A DNA stretch of 64,000 nt from NCBI GenBank assembly GCA_003280965.1, contig QCDI01000006.1:32001-96000 (forward strand). The letters are read 5' to 3'. The position numbers and the translations under genes are program-made. Position 1 is the first letter of the stretch. The number at the start of each line of letters is the position of its first letter. The stretch comes from Prochlorococcus sp. AG-355-B18 (lineage in GTDB: Bacteria; Cyanobacteriota; Cyanobacteriia; PCC-6307; Cyanobiaceae). The notes below the pieces were generated by a model. That model had not been told where the DNA came from and searched no databases. It saw only the letters and a program-made list of their open reading frames with translations. Below are positions 44,406 through 54,379 of this stretch, one piece after another.

Positions 44406-44482
44406 TTTAAGATTATGAAACATTCTTTTTATATTTTTCTAAAAAATATCGTTTATATTGTGGTTATTGCTTTTCAAATTCA

Positions 44483-45754
44483 ATGCATATTCTTCAAAAC
44501 CTTAAAGAAAGTGACTCAGTAATATTAAGTTTAATTAATTCTGAAAAAAATAGACAAGAAACACACCTTGAGTTAATAGCTAGTGAAAATTTCGCATCAA
44601 TGGCTGTTATGCAAGCTCAAGGATCAGTTCTGACAAATAAGTATGCGGAAGGATTACCTCAAAAAAGATATTACGGTGGGTGCGAATTTGTTGATGAAAT
44701 CGAAGAATTAGCTATTCAAAGAGCAAAAAAATTATTCAATGCAAACTGGGCTAATGTTCAACCTCATAGTGGAGCGCAAGCTAATGCTGCCGTTTTTCTA
44801 AGTCTACTCAAACCTGGCGACACAATAATGGGAATGGATTTATCTCATGGTGGGCACCTTACACATGGATCTCCAGTAAATATGAGCGGAAAATGGTTTA
44901 ATGCAGTTCATTATGGTGTAAATAAAGAAACTAACCAGTTAGATTTTGATGAAGTAAGAAAAATAGCATTAGAAACAAAACCAAAATTAATCATATGTGG
45001 ATATTCTGCTTATCCAAGAACAATTGACTTTGAAGCATTTAGAAATATTGCTGATGAAGTTGGTGCATATTTAATGGCGGATATCGCACACATTGCAGGA
45101 CTCGTAGCAAGTAAGCTCCACCCAAATCCAATACCTTTCTGTGATGTAGTAACTACAACTACGCATAAGACTTTGAGAGGACCAAGAGGGGGCCTCATTT
45201 TATGTAAAGATGCAGAATTTGGAAAGAAATTTGATAAATCTGTCTTTCCAGGAACTCAGGGTGGTCCTCTAGAACATATTATTGCAGCTAAAGCGGTTGC
45301 ATTTGGAGAAGCTTTACATCCCGATTTCGTTAATTATTCACAACAAGTAATAAAAAATGCAAAAGTTCTGGCTTCGACATTAATATCCAAGGGTATTGAT
45401 ATTGTTAGTGGAGGAACTGATAATCATATTGTTTTACTCGATTTAAGAAGCATTAATATGACTGGAAAGATTGCTGACTTGCTCGTGAGTGAAGTGAATA
45501 TAACTGCTAATAAAAATACTGTCCCATTTGATCCCGAATCACCTTTTGTAACCAGTGGATTAAGATTAGGTACTGCTGCTTTAACTACCAGAGGCTTTGA
45601 TGAAAATGCTTTTGCTGAAGTAGGCGAAATCATTGCTGATAGATTGCTAAATCCAGATGACTCGTTAATAGAAAATAAATGCAAAGAAAGAGTTTTAGCT
45701 TTGTGTAATAGGTTTCCACTTTATGAAAACAAACTTGAACCATCAATTAAGTGA
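44483..45754 (+). CDS. glyA: serine hydroxymethyltransferase
   Basis: [26 protein letters not shown]. Confidence 0.98.
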   Translation: MHILQNLKESDSVILSLINSEKNRQETHLELIASENFASMAVMQAQGSVLTNKYAEGLPQKRYYGGCEFVDEIEELAIQRAKKLFNANWANVQPHSGAQANAAVFLSLLKPGDTIMGMDLSHGGHLTHGSPVNMSGKWFNAVHYGVNKETNQLDFDEVRKIALETKPKLIICGYSAYPRTIDFEAFRNIADEVGAYLMADIAHIAGLVASKLHPNPIPFCDVVTTTTHKTLRGPRGGLILCKDAEFGKKFDKSVFPGTQGGPLEHIIAAKAVAFGEALHPDFVNYSQQVIKNAKVLASTLISKGIDIVSGGTDNHIVLLDLRSINMTGKIADLLVSEVNITANKNTVPFDPESPFVTSGLRLGTAALTTRGFDENAFAEVGEIIADRLLNPDDSLIENKCKERVLALCNRFPLYENKLEPSIK

Positions 45755-47024
45755 TCCTAATCCCAAGGGAGTTGAAATTCTATCTATTGGAACAGAATTA
45801 CTTTTAGGAAATATTGTAAATACGAATGCTAGATGGATTTCGGAAGAATTATCTAAATTAGGCTTAAATCACTTTAGACAGTCAACAGTAGGGGATAATT
45901 TTGTTCGAATCATAAGAATAATTCAGGAAATATCCAAAAGAAGTTGTCTTCTTATTACAACAGGTGGATTAGGCCCCACTCCAGATGACTTAACTAATGA
46001 AGCAATTGCTAAGTCTTTCAATGCAACTCTTTTTGAAAGACCTTACTTATGGAGTGAATTAAAACAAAAGCTTTCAAATTCAAAGCTGCAGGACAATTCC
46101 TCTAGCTTACGGAAACAATGCTTCTTCCCAAAAAATGCGCAAATAATTAATAACCCTAGGGGTACTGCCCCAGGAATGATTTGGGAACCAGTAAAAGGAT
46201 TTACTATTCTTACTTTCCCCGGTGTCCCGAGTGAAATGAAAGCTATGTGGGAGGAGACTGCATTAGGATTTATTAAAAATAAATTCTCAGATAGTTCTTC
46301 ATTCTTTTCAAATACTCTTAAATTCACAGGTATTGGAGAATCTAGTATTGCAGAAAAAATTAACGATCTTTTAACTCTCAAAAACCCCACTGTCGCTCCA
46401 TATGCAAACTTGGGAGAGGTTAAGCTCAGAATCACTGCTAGAGCTAAGAATGAAGTAGAAGCAAAGAAAATAATTAAACCTATAAAAGAAAAATTAAAAA
46501 AAGAGTTTTCAAAATTTATTTTTGGAGAAAATCAGGATACTCTTCCTAGCGTTTTAATACATGAATTAGCAAAGAGAAACGAAACTATTGTTTTTGCCGA
46601 ATCCTGTACAGGAGGCTTACTATCTTCATCAATTACGTCAATATCAGGATCATCTCAAGTTTTTCAAGGAAGTATTGTTTCCTATAGTAATAAGCTAAAA
46701 AATTCATTACTAAACATTTCAGAATACAAGCTTAAAAAATATGGAGCGGTTTCTGAAGAGGTTTGTGAGGCTATGGCAGTTAATGTCAAAGAGAAATTAG
46801 GAGCAGATTGGGCAATAGCGATTAGTGGGATTGCTGGCCCTAACGGAGGAAGTACAGAAAAACCTGTTGGACTAGTCTATATATCGATTGCAGGACCAAA
46901 TAATCATCTTACTAATATCAAAAAAATATTTAACTCAACCCGAAATAGAATAGAAATTCAAACACTAAGTGTAAATGTGTGTTTGAACAGCCTAAGATTA
47001 ATCCTATTATCGAATAGTAAGTAA
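45723..47024 (+). CDS. cinA: CinA-like protein (MoCF-like domain plus NMN deamidase domain)
   Basis: [37 protein letters not shown]; start uncertain. Confidence 0.92.
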   Translation: MKTNLNHQLSDPNPKGVEILSIGTELLLGNIVNTNARWISEELSKLGLNHFRQSTVGDNFVRIIRIIQEISKRSCLLITTGGLGPTPDDLTNEAIAKSFNATLFERPYLWSELKQKLSNSKLQDNSSSLRKQCFFPKNAQIINNPRGTAPGMIWEPVKGFTILTFPGVPSEMKAMWEETALGFIKNKFSDSSSFFSNTLKFTGIGESSIAEKINDLLTLKNPTVAPYANLGEVKLRITARAKNEVEAKKIIKPIKEKLKKEFSKFIFGENQDTLPSVLIHELAKRNETIVFAESCTGGLLSSSITSISGSSQVFQGSIVSYSNKLKNSLLNISEYKLKKYGAVSEEVCEAMAVNVKEKLGADWAIAISGIAGPNGGSTEKPVGLVYISIAGPNNHLTNIKKIFNSTRNRIEIQTLSVNVCLNSLRLILLSNSK

Positions 47025-47038
47025 TTTTTTTTTACAAA

Positions 47039-48448
47039 TTGAGTAAAGATACCTTATTTGATAAAGTTTGGGATTTACACAAAGTTTGCAATCTTCCTGG
47101 TGGCTCTGATCAAATTTTTATTGGTCTTCATCTCATCCATGAGGTAACAAGTCCACAAGCATTTGGTGCTTTAAAAGATAAAAATTTAAAAGTAAAATTC
47201 CCTAATAGAACTGTCGCTACAGTTGATCATATTGTGCCGACAGATAATCAAAGCAGACCTTTCAAAGATAATCTTGCAGAGCAAATGATTGAAACACTAG
47301 AAAAAAACTGCTTAAAACATAAAATAAGATTTTTTAATATTGGTAGTGGAAATCAAGGAATAGTGCATGTAGTAGCTCCAGAATTGGGTCTTACTCAGCC
47401 CGGAATGACAATAGCTTGTGGAGATTCTCATACTTCAACTCATGGAGCTTTTGGGTCAATTGCTTTTGGGATAGGTACAAGTCAAGTAAGAGATGTTCTT
47501 GCCACTCAAACCATAGCAATGAATAAATTGAAGGTACGGCAGATTTGGTGTGAAAATAAATTATCTCATGGTGTTTATGCAAAAGATTTAGTACTGCATA
47601 TTATTAACAAACTTGGAGTAAAGGCAGGAGTAGGTTTTGCGTATGAATTCGCAGGGCCTGCGATCAATGAATTATCAATGGAAGAAAGGATGACTATATG
47701 CAACATGTCTATAGAAGGAGGAGCGAGATGCGGTTACATAAACCCTGATGAAAAGACTTTTAGTTACATAAAAAATAAATTATGTGCTCCCAAAAATGAG
47801 GATTGGGATAAAGCACTCTTATGGTGGAAATCATTAAAAAGCGATGAGAATTCTAATTTTGATGATTTAATTAAATTAGATGCTTCAGAAGTAGAACCAA
47901 CCGTAACTTGGGGAATAACTCCCGGTCAAAGTGTAGGAATAAATCAACAAATTCCTGTTTTAGAAAAATTATCTCCAAATGACCAATTTGTTGCCAAAGA
48001 GGCTTATGAATATATGGGATTCAAGCCTGGGCAATCAATTAAAAATACTCCTGTTGATGTTTGTTTTATAGGCAGTTGCACTAATGGGAGAATCAGTGAC
48101 TTAAGAGTTGCTGCTAAAGTATTAAAAGATAGAAAAGTATCTAAAACAGTAAAAGCATTTGTAGTGCCTGGTTCAGAAAAAGTAGCCGCTGAAGCAAAAC
48201 AAGAAGGTCTTGATAAAATCTTTAAGGAATCTGGATTTCAATGGAGAGAGCCAGGCTGTTCGATGTGTTTAGCAATGAATTCAGATAAGTTAATAGGTAA
48301 TCAAGTGAGTGCTAGTTCAAGTAATAGAAATTTCAAAGGTAGGCAAGGATCACCAACGGGAAGAACACTTCTCATGAGTCCAGCAATGGTTGCTGCCGCT
48401 GCGATTAGCGGCAAAGTAAGTGACGTTAGAGAATTTATAAACAAATGA
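47039..48448 (+). CDS. leuC: 3-isopropylmalate dehydratase large subunit
   Basis: [38 protein letters not shown]. Confidence 0.98.
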   Translation: MSKDTLFDKVWDLHKVCNLPGGSDQIFIGLHLIHEVTSPQAFGALKDKNLKVKFPNRTVATVDHIVPTDNQSRPFKDNLAEQMIETLEKNCLKHKIRFFNIGSGNQGIVHVVAPELGLTQPGMTIACGDSHTSTHGAFGSIAFGIGTSQVRDVLATQTIAMNKLKVRQIWCENKLSHGVYAKDLVLHIINKLGVKAGVGFAYEFAGPAINELSMEERMTICNMSIEGGARCGYINPDEKTFSYIKNKLCAPKNEDWDKALLWWKSLKSDENSNFDDLIKLDASEVEPTVTWGITPGQSVGINQQIPVLEKLSPNDQFVAKEAYEYMGFKPGQSIKNTPVDVCFIGSCTNGRISDLRVAAKVLKDRKVSKTVKAFVVPGSEKVAAEAKQEGLDKIFKESGFQWREPGCSMCLAMNSDKLIGNQVSASSSNRNFKGRQGSPTGRTLLMSPAMVAAAAISGKVSDVREFINK

Positions 48449-49065
48449 AATCTGAATTTATTCCACCAGCTGGAAAAATTTTACAAATAAGTGGGAAATG
48501 CATCTCATTAATTGGTAACGACATTGATACTGATCGAATAATTCCTGCGCGTTTCTTAAAGTGCATTAATTTTGATGCATTGGGCAATTCTGTTTTTGAA
48601 GACGATAGAAAAACTTTAAAGGGGAGGCATCCTTTAGATTTACAGGAGAACAAAAATGCCTCAATATTAATTGTTAATAGCAATTTTGGATGTGGATCTA
48701 GCAGAGAACATGCCCCCCAGGCACTTATGAGGTGGGGTATCAAAGCAATAATAGGTGAAAGTTTTGCTGAAATTTTTTATAGCAATTGTGTTGCTATTGG
48801 AATTCCTTGTTTTACTCTTCCTAAAAAATCAATACAAGATATTCAAAAATATACTGAAAATAAAAGTTTATTTTTAGAAATTGATCTGAAAAATTGCTTA
48901 GCTAAATCAAAAGATTTAAATTTTATTCTTGAGATTAAAGAAAGTTCAAGAAAAATGTTTTTATCTGGAGAATGGGATGCTACAGCTACATTATTAGAAA
49001 ATGAGACATTAGTTGAAAGTAAGTCTAAAGAACTACCTTATATAAAATTTGATTATGACTTCTAA
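48445..49065 (+). CDS. leuD: 3-isopropylmalate dehydratase small subunit
   Basis: [21 protein letters not shown]. Confidence 0.97.
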   Translation: MKSEFIPPAGKILQISGKCISLIGNDIDTDRIIPARFLKCINFDALGNSVFEDDRKTLKGRHPLDLQENKNASILIVNSNFGCGSSREHAPQALMRWGIKAIIGESFAEIFYSNCVAIGIPCFTLPKKSIQDIQKYTENKSLFLEIDLKNCLAKSKDLNFILEIKESSRKMFLSGEWDATATLLENETLVESKSKELPYIKFDYDF

Positions 49066-49141
49066 ATACCTTGCAAGAAAAGAATTGATATCTAAGTGTA
49101 CTTAATCTTAAAAACTAATAATATTAATAGAGTTTGAAAAT

Positions 49142-49173
49142 ATAATTATTAATCCTGATAATTATTAATCCTG
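49142..49173. repeat. perfect 16-bp tandem duplication (ATAATTATTAATCCTG x2)
   Basis: Copies at 49142-49157 and 49158-49173; the second covers the last two psbI codons and stop. Confidence 0.9.
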
Positions 49174-49293
49174 CGGACTTTCTAAATCCTTTCTATTAGG
49201 TGTCCTAGTTGGATCACTCGCCAAAAATCCGAAAAGAAAGATTCCAACAAAGAAAAAGACGATTGTGTATACAGAAATTTTTAGGGCAAGCAT
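49165..49293 (-). CDS. psbI: photosystem II protein PsbI (42 aa; not in ORF track)
   Basis: Manual translation [42 protein letters not shown]. Confidence 0.97.
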
Positions 49294-49397
49294 GGGATTA
49301 CGAGTGCTGACAGATTTATATCCTATTAAATTTATATTTAAATTATGGTAAAAGGTTTACTTTTTGTATTTTTGGAAAATTTTGAAATACTTTAGAA

Positions 49398-49550
49398 TTA
49401 ATCATCATGATCATCCCAAGGATCAGTAAGCTTTGCAGCTTTGGGACCAAAAGCAGTCCAGAGACCAAATCCTGTTAAAGCTAGGAGTACTGCGAGAATT
49501 GATACTGCTACGGAAACTGCAGGATCGGGAGCGGATGATAAAGTTTGCAT
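49398..49550 (-). CDS. psbN: PsbN (50 aa; not in ORF track)
   Basis: Manual translation MQTLSSAPDPAVSVAVSILAVLLALTGFGLWTAFGPKAAKLTDPWDDHDD. Confidence 0.96.
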   Translation of the reverse strand: MQTLSSAPDPAVSVAVSILAVLLALTGFGLWTAFGPKAAKLTDPWDDHDD

Positions 49551-49553
49551 CAA

Positions 49554-49605
49554 TTTTGCTAAGTTTGTAAACAATTTATGTATAACTTCTTATACAATAG
49601 CGAAA
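49554..49605. ncRNA. candidate psbNH structured motif between divergent psbN and psbH
   Basis: Outer pairing TTTTGCTA/TAGCGAAA enclosing hairpin TGTATAA-CTTC-TTATACA; location matches the known psbNH RNA motif class. Confidence 0.55.
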
Positions 49606-49630
49606 TAATATTCGATTTTGTGAATTCAAC

Positions 49631-49831
49631 ATGGGTCAAAAAACAGCCTTAGGAAGTCTTTTAAAAGCAATTGGTAATTCAGGTCAAGGAAAAGTTGTAC
49701 CTGGTTGGGGAGCAGTGCCTGTGATGACGGTCATTGGACTTCTGCTTCTGGTTTTCTTAGTTATTCTTCTACAAATTTATAACCAATCACTACTTTTACA
49801 AGGTTTCTCAGTAGATTGGAACGGAAACTAA
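49631..49831 (+). CDS. psbH: photosystem II protein PsbH
   Basis: [28 protein letters not shown]. Confidence 0.97.
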
Positions 49832-49972
49832 GTTTCTGAAAAAACCTCAATAAGTTATTTTTTTCGTCATGATATTTCCAAAAATACTTATTGAGATTTT
49901 GATTTAATTTACATAGTTATATTTTATTTGTATATTTATAATTCTCAATGAAAAGAGATTTAGAAATACATT

Positions 49973-50575
49973 ATGAATGAAATATATTTAATTGGATTGG
50001 GAAATCCTGGTAAAAAATATTCAAAAAGTAGACATAACATAGGATTTTTAGTACTTGAAAATCTCTCAAGAAAATATAATTCAAATTTTTTACTAAAAGA
50101 TAAACTCAAAAGCTCCTGCTCAGAATTTAAAATCAACAATTCCACTTACAGATTATTTTTACCTAATACGTTTATGAATAATAGTGGGGATGCTGTCCGA
50201 GCAATAGTAGATTGGTACAAAATAAATTTAGACCAAATTTTTATAATAGTCGATGATAAAGATCTTCCCCTAGGAAAAATAAGATTCAGAAAAAAAGGGA
50301 GCTCGGGTGGACATAATGGGCTTAAAAGTATTATCGAAAAATTGCAAACTCATGAATTCAATAGAATAAGAATTGGTATTGGATCACCTCCATCAAATAA
50401 TGAAATAAAGAATTTCAATACTATTTCTCATGTATTAGGAAATATTTCCCTAGAAGAAAAATTAATATTGGATAAAGTATATAAGCGGGTAATAGAGTCA
50501 CTCGAACAAATAAATATTAAAAAAGAAGAACACATAATGAGTGAATTAAATTCTTTTGATAAAGATCAAACTTAA
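49973..50575 (+). CDS. pth: peptidyl-tRNA hydrolase
   Basis: GLGNPG, RHNIGF, TFMNNSG, GGHNGLKS, RIRIGIG. Confidence 0.97.
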   Translation: MNEIYLIGLGNPGKKYSKSRHNIGFLVLENLSRKYNSNFLLKDKLKSSCSEFKINNSTYRLFLPNTFMNNSGDAVRAIVDWYKINLDQIFIIVDDKDLPLGKIRFRKKGSSGGHNGLKSIIEKLQTHEFNRIRIGIGSPPSNNEIKNFNTISHVLGNISLEEKLILDKVYKRVIESLEQINIKKEEHIMSELNSFDKDQT

Positions 50576-50578
50576 CAA

Positions 50579-50836
50579 ATGCGATCAAAACCAGAAACAA
50601 TAGCCCATTTAAGTGTTAAAGAATATTGCTTTTCAAAAAAGCAAATCAAGGGAGTTGTGGAAGCTAGTCAGTTTAAATGGACTTTTATATGGTCTTTTAA
50701 TAAAGGTTTATTATTTATAAAACCTCCTTTGGGAAAAGCATTAATTGAGAATGCCTTATTAAGATTTTTATTGAAAAAAGATTATGAACTAGAGGCAGGT
50801 AATGAATATAAGTTCATTATTTCAGCCAAGTTTTAA
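50579..50836 (+). CDS. conserved cyanobacterial protein (DUF3146-like)
   Basis: PETIAH, FKWTF.W.F..G, LGKALI, DYELEAG. Confidence 0.75.
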   Translation: MRSKPETIAHLSVKEYCFSKKQIKGVVEASQFKWTFIWSFNKGLLFIKPPLGKALIENALLRFLLKKDYELEAGNEYKFIISAKF

Positions 50837-51254
50837 AATCTATATTTTGATTTAAAGCAAATTTTATTTTGCAATAATCCTCTAAAATTATCAATGCTGA
50901 TATCGCATCAAGATTTTTATTAAGAATAAAAATATCCCTGGGTATTAAAAACTTCAACCCGCTAATGGGAAAAAGTTCGAAATATCTTGATTTTGCTCTG
51001 AAAGTAGTATTTTTTTCTTCAAAAATTATTATTTCTTTTTTGAAGAAATCCATTTTTTTGGTAATCTCTCTACTGGTTGTACCATTACCAATTATGATTT
51101 TTGATATATTTTCAACAGCATTTAAATTTCTGACGTAACCCTCAAGTAATTCACTTCTAATTACGATAGCCTCATAAACTTTTTTTTCACTAATTTCAGC
51201 TAAAACTAATCCACATTTACTTTTTCCAGGATCAATACTTATTACTTTCGACAT
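50817..51254 (-). CDS. YqgF/RNase H-like resolvase-fold protein
   Basis: ISIDPGKSKCGL, IGNGT, EKNTT, DAISA. Confidence 0.8.
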   Translation of the reverse strand: MSKVISIDPGKSKCGLVLAEISEKKVYEAIVIRSELLEGYVRNLNAVENISKIIIGNGTTSREITKKMDFFKKEIIIFEEKNTTFRAKSRYFELFPISGLKFLIPRDIFILNKNLDAISALIILEDYCKIKFALNQNIDFKTWLK

Positions 51255-52220
51255 TTAAGAAGCTATCTTTATAATATTAATTTCAACGACTATAGGTTCT
51301 GCAGTTTTACTATCTCTTAAAGATACTACTTCTAACTTAAATTTTGTATTTCGATTGTCTTTGAGAAAATCTCTAATTTTTTTTACAAAATTCCCATTAG
51401 TACTTATTTCATTAGCTTGTGATCCTTTTGATTTAATTTCATTTCTTGTTTCTCTAAGGAGTGATTGAATTTTTAAATTTATAGATTTACGATTCAAATC
51501 ATTTTCCGAAAAAATAGAACTTGTAATAACATCTCCTTTTCTGACTATAAATTTATTAACTAATAAATCAGGTGATACAAAAACATAATTATCGCCTTTT
51601 AAAACATTTGTTGCTGATTTAATTAATAAAATCCAGTTGCCACCTTTAGTCGCTACACTTTCAATTTTTGTAATATCACTAGGTCTCCACAAAAGGATGT
51701 TTTTTGATTCTTCATTACTTGGGATAACAATTTTACGAACAAATTTATCAGCTTCATTATAGATTTTTGCGAGGTCTAATTTTATATTTGAACTTGAATT
51801 AATCTCCGCAATAAATAAAGTTTGTCCTCTTTTAATAACAATATTCCCTCTCCTAAATTCGTTAATATTATTTTTTAATTGATTTAATTCTTTTTCTTTT
51901 TGAAAAATTTTATTTTCAAGTTTCTTTCGTTCTTCTTGCAAAGGTACAAGAGCTTTTTTACTTTCATCTAAAGTTTTTTGTAAAAAAGGAATATCAACAA
52001 AAAGTCTTTGTCTAAATTCTTCACTAACCAAAATCAACAACCCTATTGATATCGAACTAATAAACCCACCAGTTATTACAGTTATTATGGTTGCTGTTTT
52101 CTTTGGTCTTAATTTTAAGATACTAAATCTTGCTTTACCAATCTTTGTACCAAGCAGATCCCCAAATGGTGCAATTATTCCTCCGAGTAATATTAGAAAA
52201 ACAATTAAAATCCAGGCCAC
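51255..52220 (-). CDS. DUF3084-like membrane-anchored coiled-coil protein
   Basis: GGIIAPFGD.LGTKIGKARFS..KLRPKKTA then coiled coil; downstream of ntcA. Confidence 0.78.
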   Translation of the reverse strand: MAWILIVFLILLGGIIAPFGDLLGTKIGKARFSILKLRPKKTATIITVITGGFISSISIGLLILVSEEFRQRLFVDIPFLQKTLDESKKALVPLQEERKKLENKIFQKEKELNQLKNNINEFRRGNIVIKRGQTLFIAEINSSSNIKLDLAKIYNEADKFVRKIVIPSNEESKNILLWRPSDITKIESVATKGGNWILLIKSATNVLKGDNYVFVSPDLLVNKFIVRKGDVITSSIFSENDLNRKSINLKIQSLLRETRNEIKSKGSQANEISTNGNFVKKIRDFLKDNRNTKFKLEVVSLRDSKTAEPIVVEINIIKIAS

Positions 52221-52259
52221 AGTATTTCACTTACTCGATACATCATAATTAATGATGAA

Positions 52260-52994
52260 TCAATTAAATCTTTTTGCAAGAGCTATTGGGTCAAATACTG
52301 TGATCTTTTTTCTTTCAATAGTCAGGAGTCCGGAATCCTTTAAATCGCCCAATAATCGGGTAATCGTTACTCTTGTTGAGCCAATAGCTTCAGCAATTGC
52401 TTGATGTGAAAGTCTTAAATCTATTGTAATACCTTTTTCACTTGCAACACCAAAGTCTCTACAAAGAACCATTAAAAAACTTACTAAACGAGAAGACATA
52501 TCTCTATGGGTAAGAGTTTCTATCATTGTTTCTGTCTGTAGGATCCTACTTGAAAGACCCTGCAACAACAGTAGTCCTACTGATGCATCTTCCTCTATTG
52601 CTCTTAAAACAGAATTCGCAGGAGCTGTTATCATTTCAACTCTTGTGAATGCTATGGCATGATAAAAACGATCAGATCTATGACCTGTTAGAAGAGATAA
52701 AACACCAAAAAGACTATTCTCTCTTAAAAGAGCAACAGTTATCTCTTCACCTGATTCATACACCCTTGATAACCTTACTGCTCCTCTTCTTATCAGATAA
52801 ACCCTCTCTGCAGGATCGCCAGGGAAAAATATTGTTTTAGATCTCTCAACCATTTCTGTGCTTGCACCCTCTAGACCTTTAATTACTTCCATTAAAGTTC
52901 TATTTATTGGAAAACGTTCTCCAACAGAGTTAATTTTACTTTGTCCGGACTGTTGCGAACTAAAGCGGCTGAATCCTCTAGAAGCAGGTATCAT
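52260..52994 (-). CDS. ntcA: global nitrogen regulator NtcA
   Basis: CRP family; [36 protein letters not shown]. Confidence 0.98.
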   Translation of the reverse strand: MIPASRGFSRFSSQQSGQSKINSVGERFPINRTLMEVIKGLEGASTEMVERSKTIFFPGDPAERVYLIRRGAVRLSRVYESGEEITVALLRENSLFGVLSLLTGHRSDRFYHAIAFTRVEMITAPANSVLRAIEEDASVGLLLLQGLSSRILQTETMIETLTHRDMSSRLVSFLMVLCRDFGVASEKGITIDLRLSHQAIAEAIGSTRVTITRLLGDLKDSGLLTIERKKITVFDPIALAKRFN

Positions 52995-53014
52995 AAATAT
53001 TTTTACTATTAAAA

Positions 53015-53056
53015 AATTTAAGGAGACACCTCAAAATATCTTGTATCAACAGTAAC
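53015..53056 (-). promoter_or_regulatory. NtcA autoregulatory promoter
   Basis: Minus strand GTT-ACTGTTGA-TAC (53056-53043), exactly 22 nt, then -10 TAAATT (53020-53015). Confidence 0.75.
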
Positions 53057-53135
53057 AATTTTCAATTCTTTTTCGTTTCTCTACCAACTTCTCTATGTAA
53101 TTTTCAAATTTACCAAAGCTTTTTTAAGTAAAATT

Positions 53136-53182
53136 ACACTATATGCAGTGTAAATAAATTCAAATTATACTGCATGTAGAAA
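53136..53182 (+). promoter_or_regulatory. tandem NrdR-box-like operators
   Basis: ACACTATATGCAGTGT (53136-53151) and ATACTGCATGTAGAAA (53167-53182), starts 31 bp apart. Confidence 0.65.
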
Positions 53183-53197
53183 AGAAATTTAAAAATA

Positions 53198-53779
53198 ATG
53201 GTAAACAGTTCAACTAGTAATTATTCCAAAGGTAATCTTGATGTTGTAAATATAAATACTGCTAACAAAATAAACTTAAAAAAATTTGCACAAAACGGAC
53301 AAATCCAAATTTATCAATCTCCTCATAGAGGCAGTTATTCCACTATTATCAGAGACTCTTTAAGAAATGCAGCGCTCGGCAAAAAAGTACTTTTAATACA
53401 ATTTATGAAAGGAGGAGTTAAGCAAGGAATTTCTAATGCCATAAAACTTTGTGGTAATTTAACTTGGGTAAGATCATCAAATTCTTTTGATCAATATAAT
53501 TCTGAAGAAATTGAAAATAATGAAAATTTAAAGCAATCTATTTTTGAATCTACTAATGAATTATGGAATTTTTGTAAAAAAGAATTACTTTCAGGCGAGA
53601 ATGATCAAATCATACTTGATGAAATTTTTCTTGCTATTGAGATGCAAATTATCGATAAGGATGATTTGATTTCAACACTTGAAAACCGATTTATATCAGG
53701 AGATGTAATCCTTACTGGTACATGTATTCCTAACGATCTATTATTAATGGCCAACCAAATTACCGAACTTCGCTCATAA
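53198..53779 (+). CDS. CobO/BtuR-like protein with degenerate P-loop
   Basis: GQIQIY, KVLLIQFMKGG, IILDEI, DVILTG, ANQITE fit the CobA/CobO/BtuR fold; no GNGKGKT. Confidence 0.75.
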   Translation: MVNSSTSNYSKGNLDVVNINTANKINLKKFAQNGQIQIYQSPHRGSYSTIIRDSLRNAALGKKVLLIQFMKGGVKQGISNAIKLCGNLTWVRSSNSFDQYNSEEIENNENLKQSIFESTNELWNFCKKELLSGENDQIILDEIFLAIEMQIIDKDDLISTLENRFISGDVILTGTCIPNDLLLMANQITELRS

Positions 53780-53783
53780 AACA

Positions 53784-54377
53784 ATGCTTAAAAATGATCT
53801 CTGGATAAATCAAAAAGCATGTGAGGGGATGATAAATCCGTTCCAATCAAATTTGGTGAGGCATCTTGAGCCTGATAATCAACAAAAGCCGGTTTTGAGT
53901 TATGGATGTTCCTCTTATGGCTATGACTTAAGGCTCTCATCAAAAGAATTCCTAATTTTTAGACATATTCCTGGTACTGTAATGAACCCTAAAAAGTTTA
54001 ATCCTAAAAATTTAGAAAAAACTGTTCTTCATCATGATGATGATGGAGATTTTTTTATTCTTCCAGCTCACTCCTATGGTTTAGGAGTGGCTTTTGAAAA
54101 GATGAAAGTGCCAGAAAATATAACTGTAATATGCATAGGCAAAAGTACTTACGCGAGATTAGGTATTATAGTTAATACAACGCCTGCTGAAGCAGGATGG
54201 GAAGGCCACTTAACATTAGAGTTTAGTAATAGTTCAGGTGCAGATTGTAGAATTTATGCTAATGAGGGTATTTGTCAACTACTCTTTTTTGAGGGTGATC
54301 CTTGCTCAACTACATATGAGGATAGAAAAGGTAAATATCAAAATCAACCAGAGGAAGTAACTTTAGCAAAGATCTAA
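53784..54377 (+). CDS. dcd: dCTP deaminase
   Basis: SYGCSSYGYDLRL, GKSTYARLG, EAGWEG, KYQNQ. Confidence 0.96.
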   Translation: MLKNDLWINQKACEGMINPFQSNLVRHLEPDNQQKPVLSYGCSSYGYDLRLSSKEFLIFRHIPGTVMNPKKFNPKNLEKTVLHHDDDGDFFILPAHSYGLGVAFEKMKVPENITVICIGKSTYARLGIIVNTTPAEAGWEGHLTLEFSNSSGADCRIYANEGICQLLFFEGDPCSTTYEDRKGKYQNQPEEVTLAKI

Positions 54378-54379
54378 CA

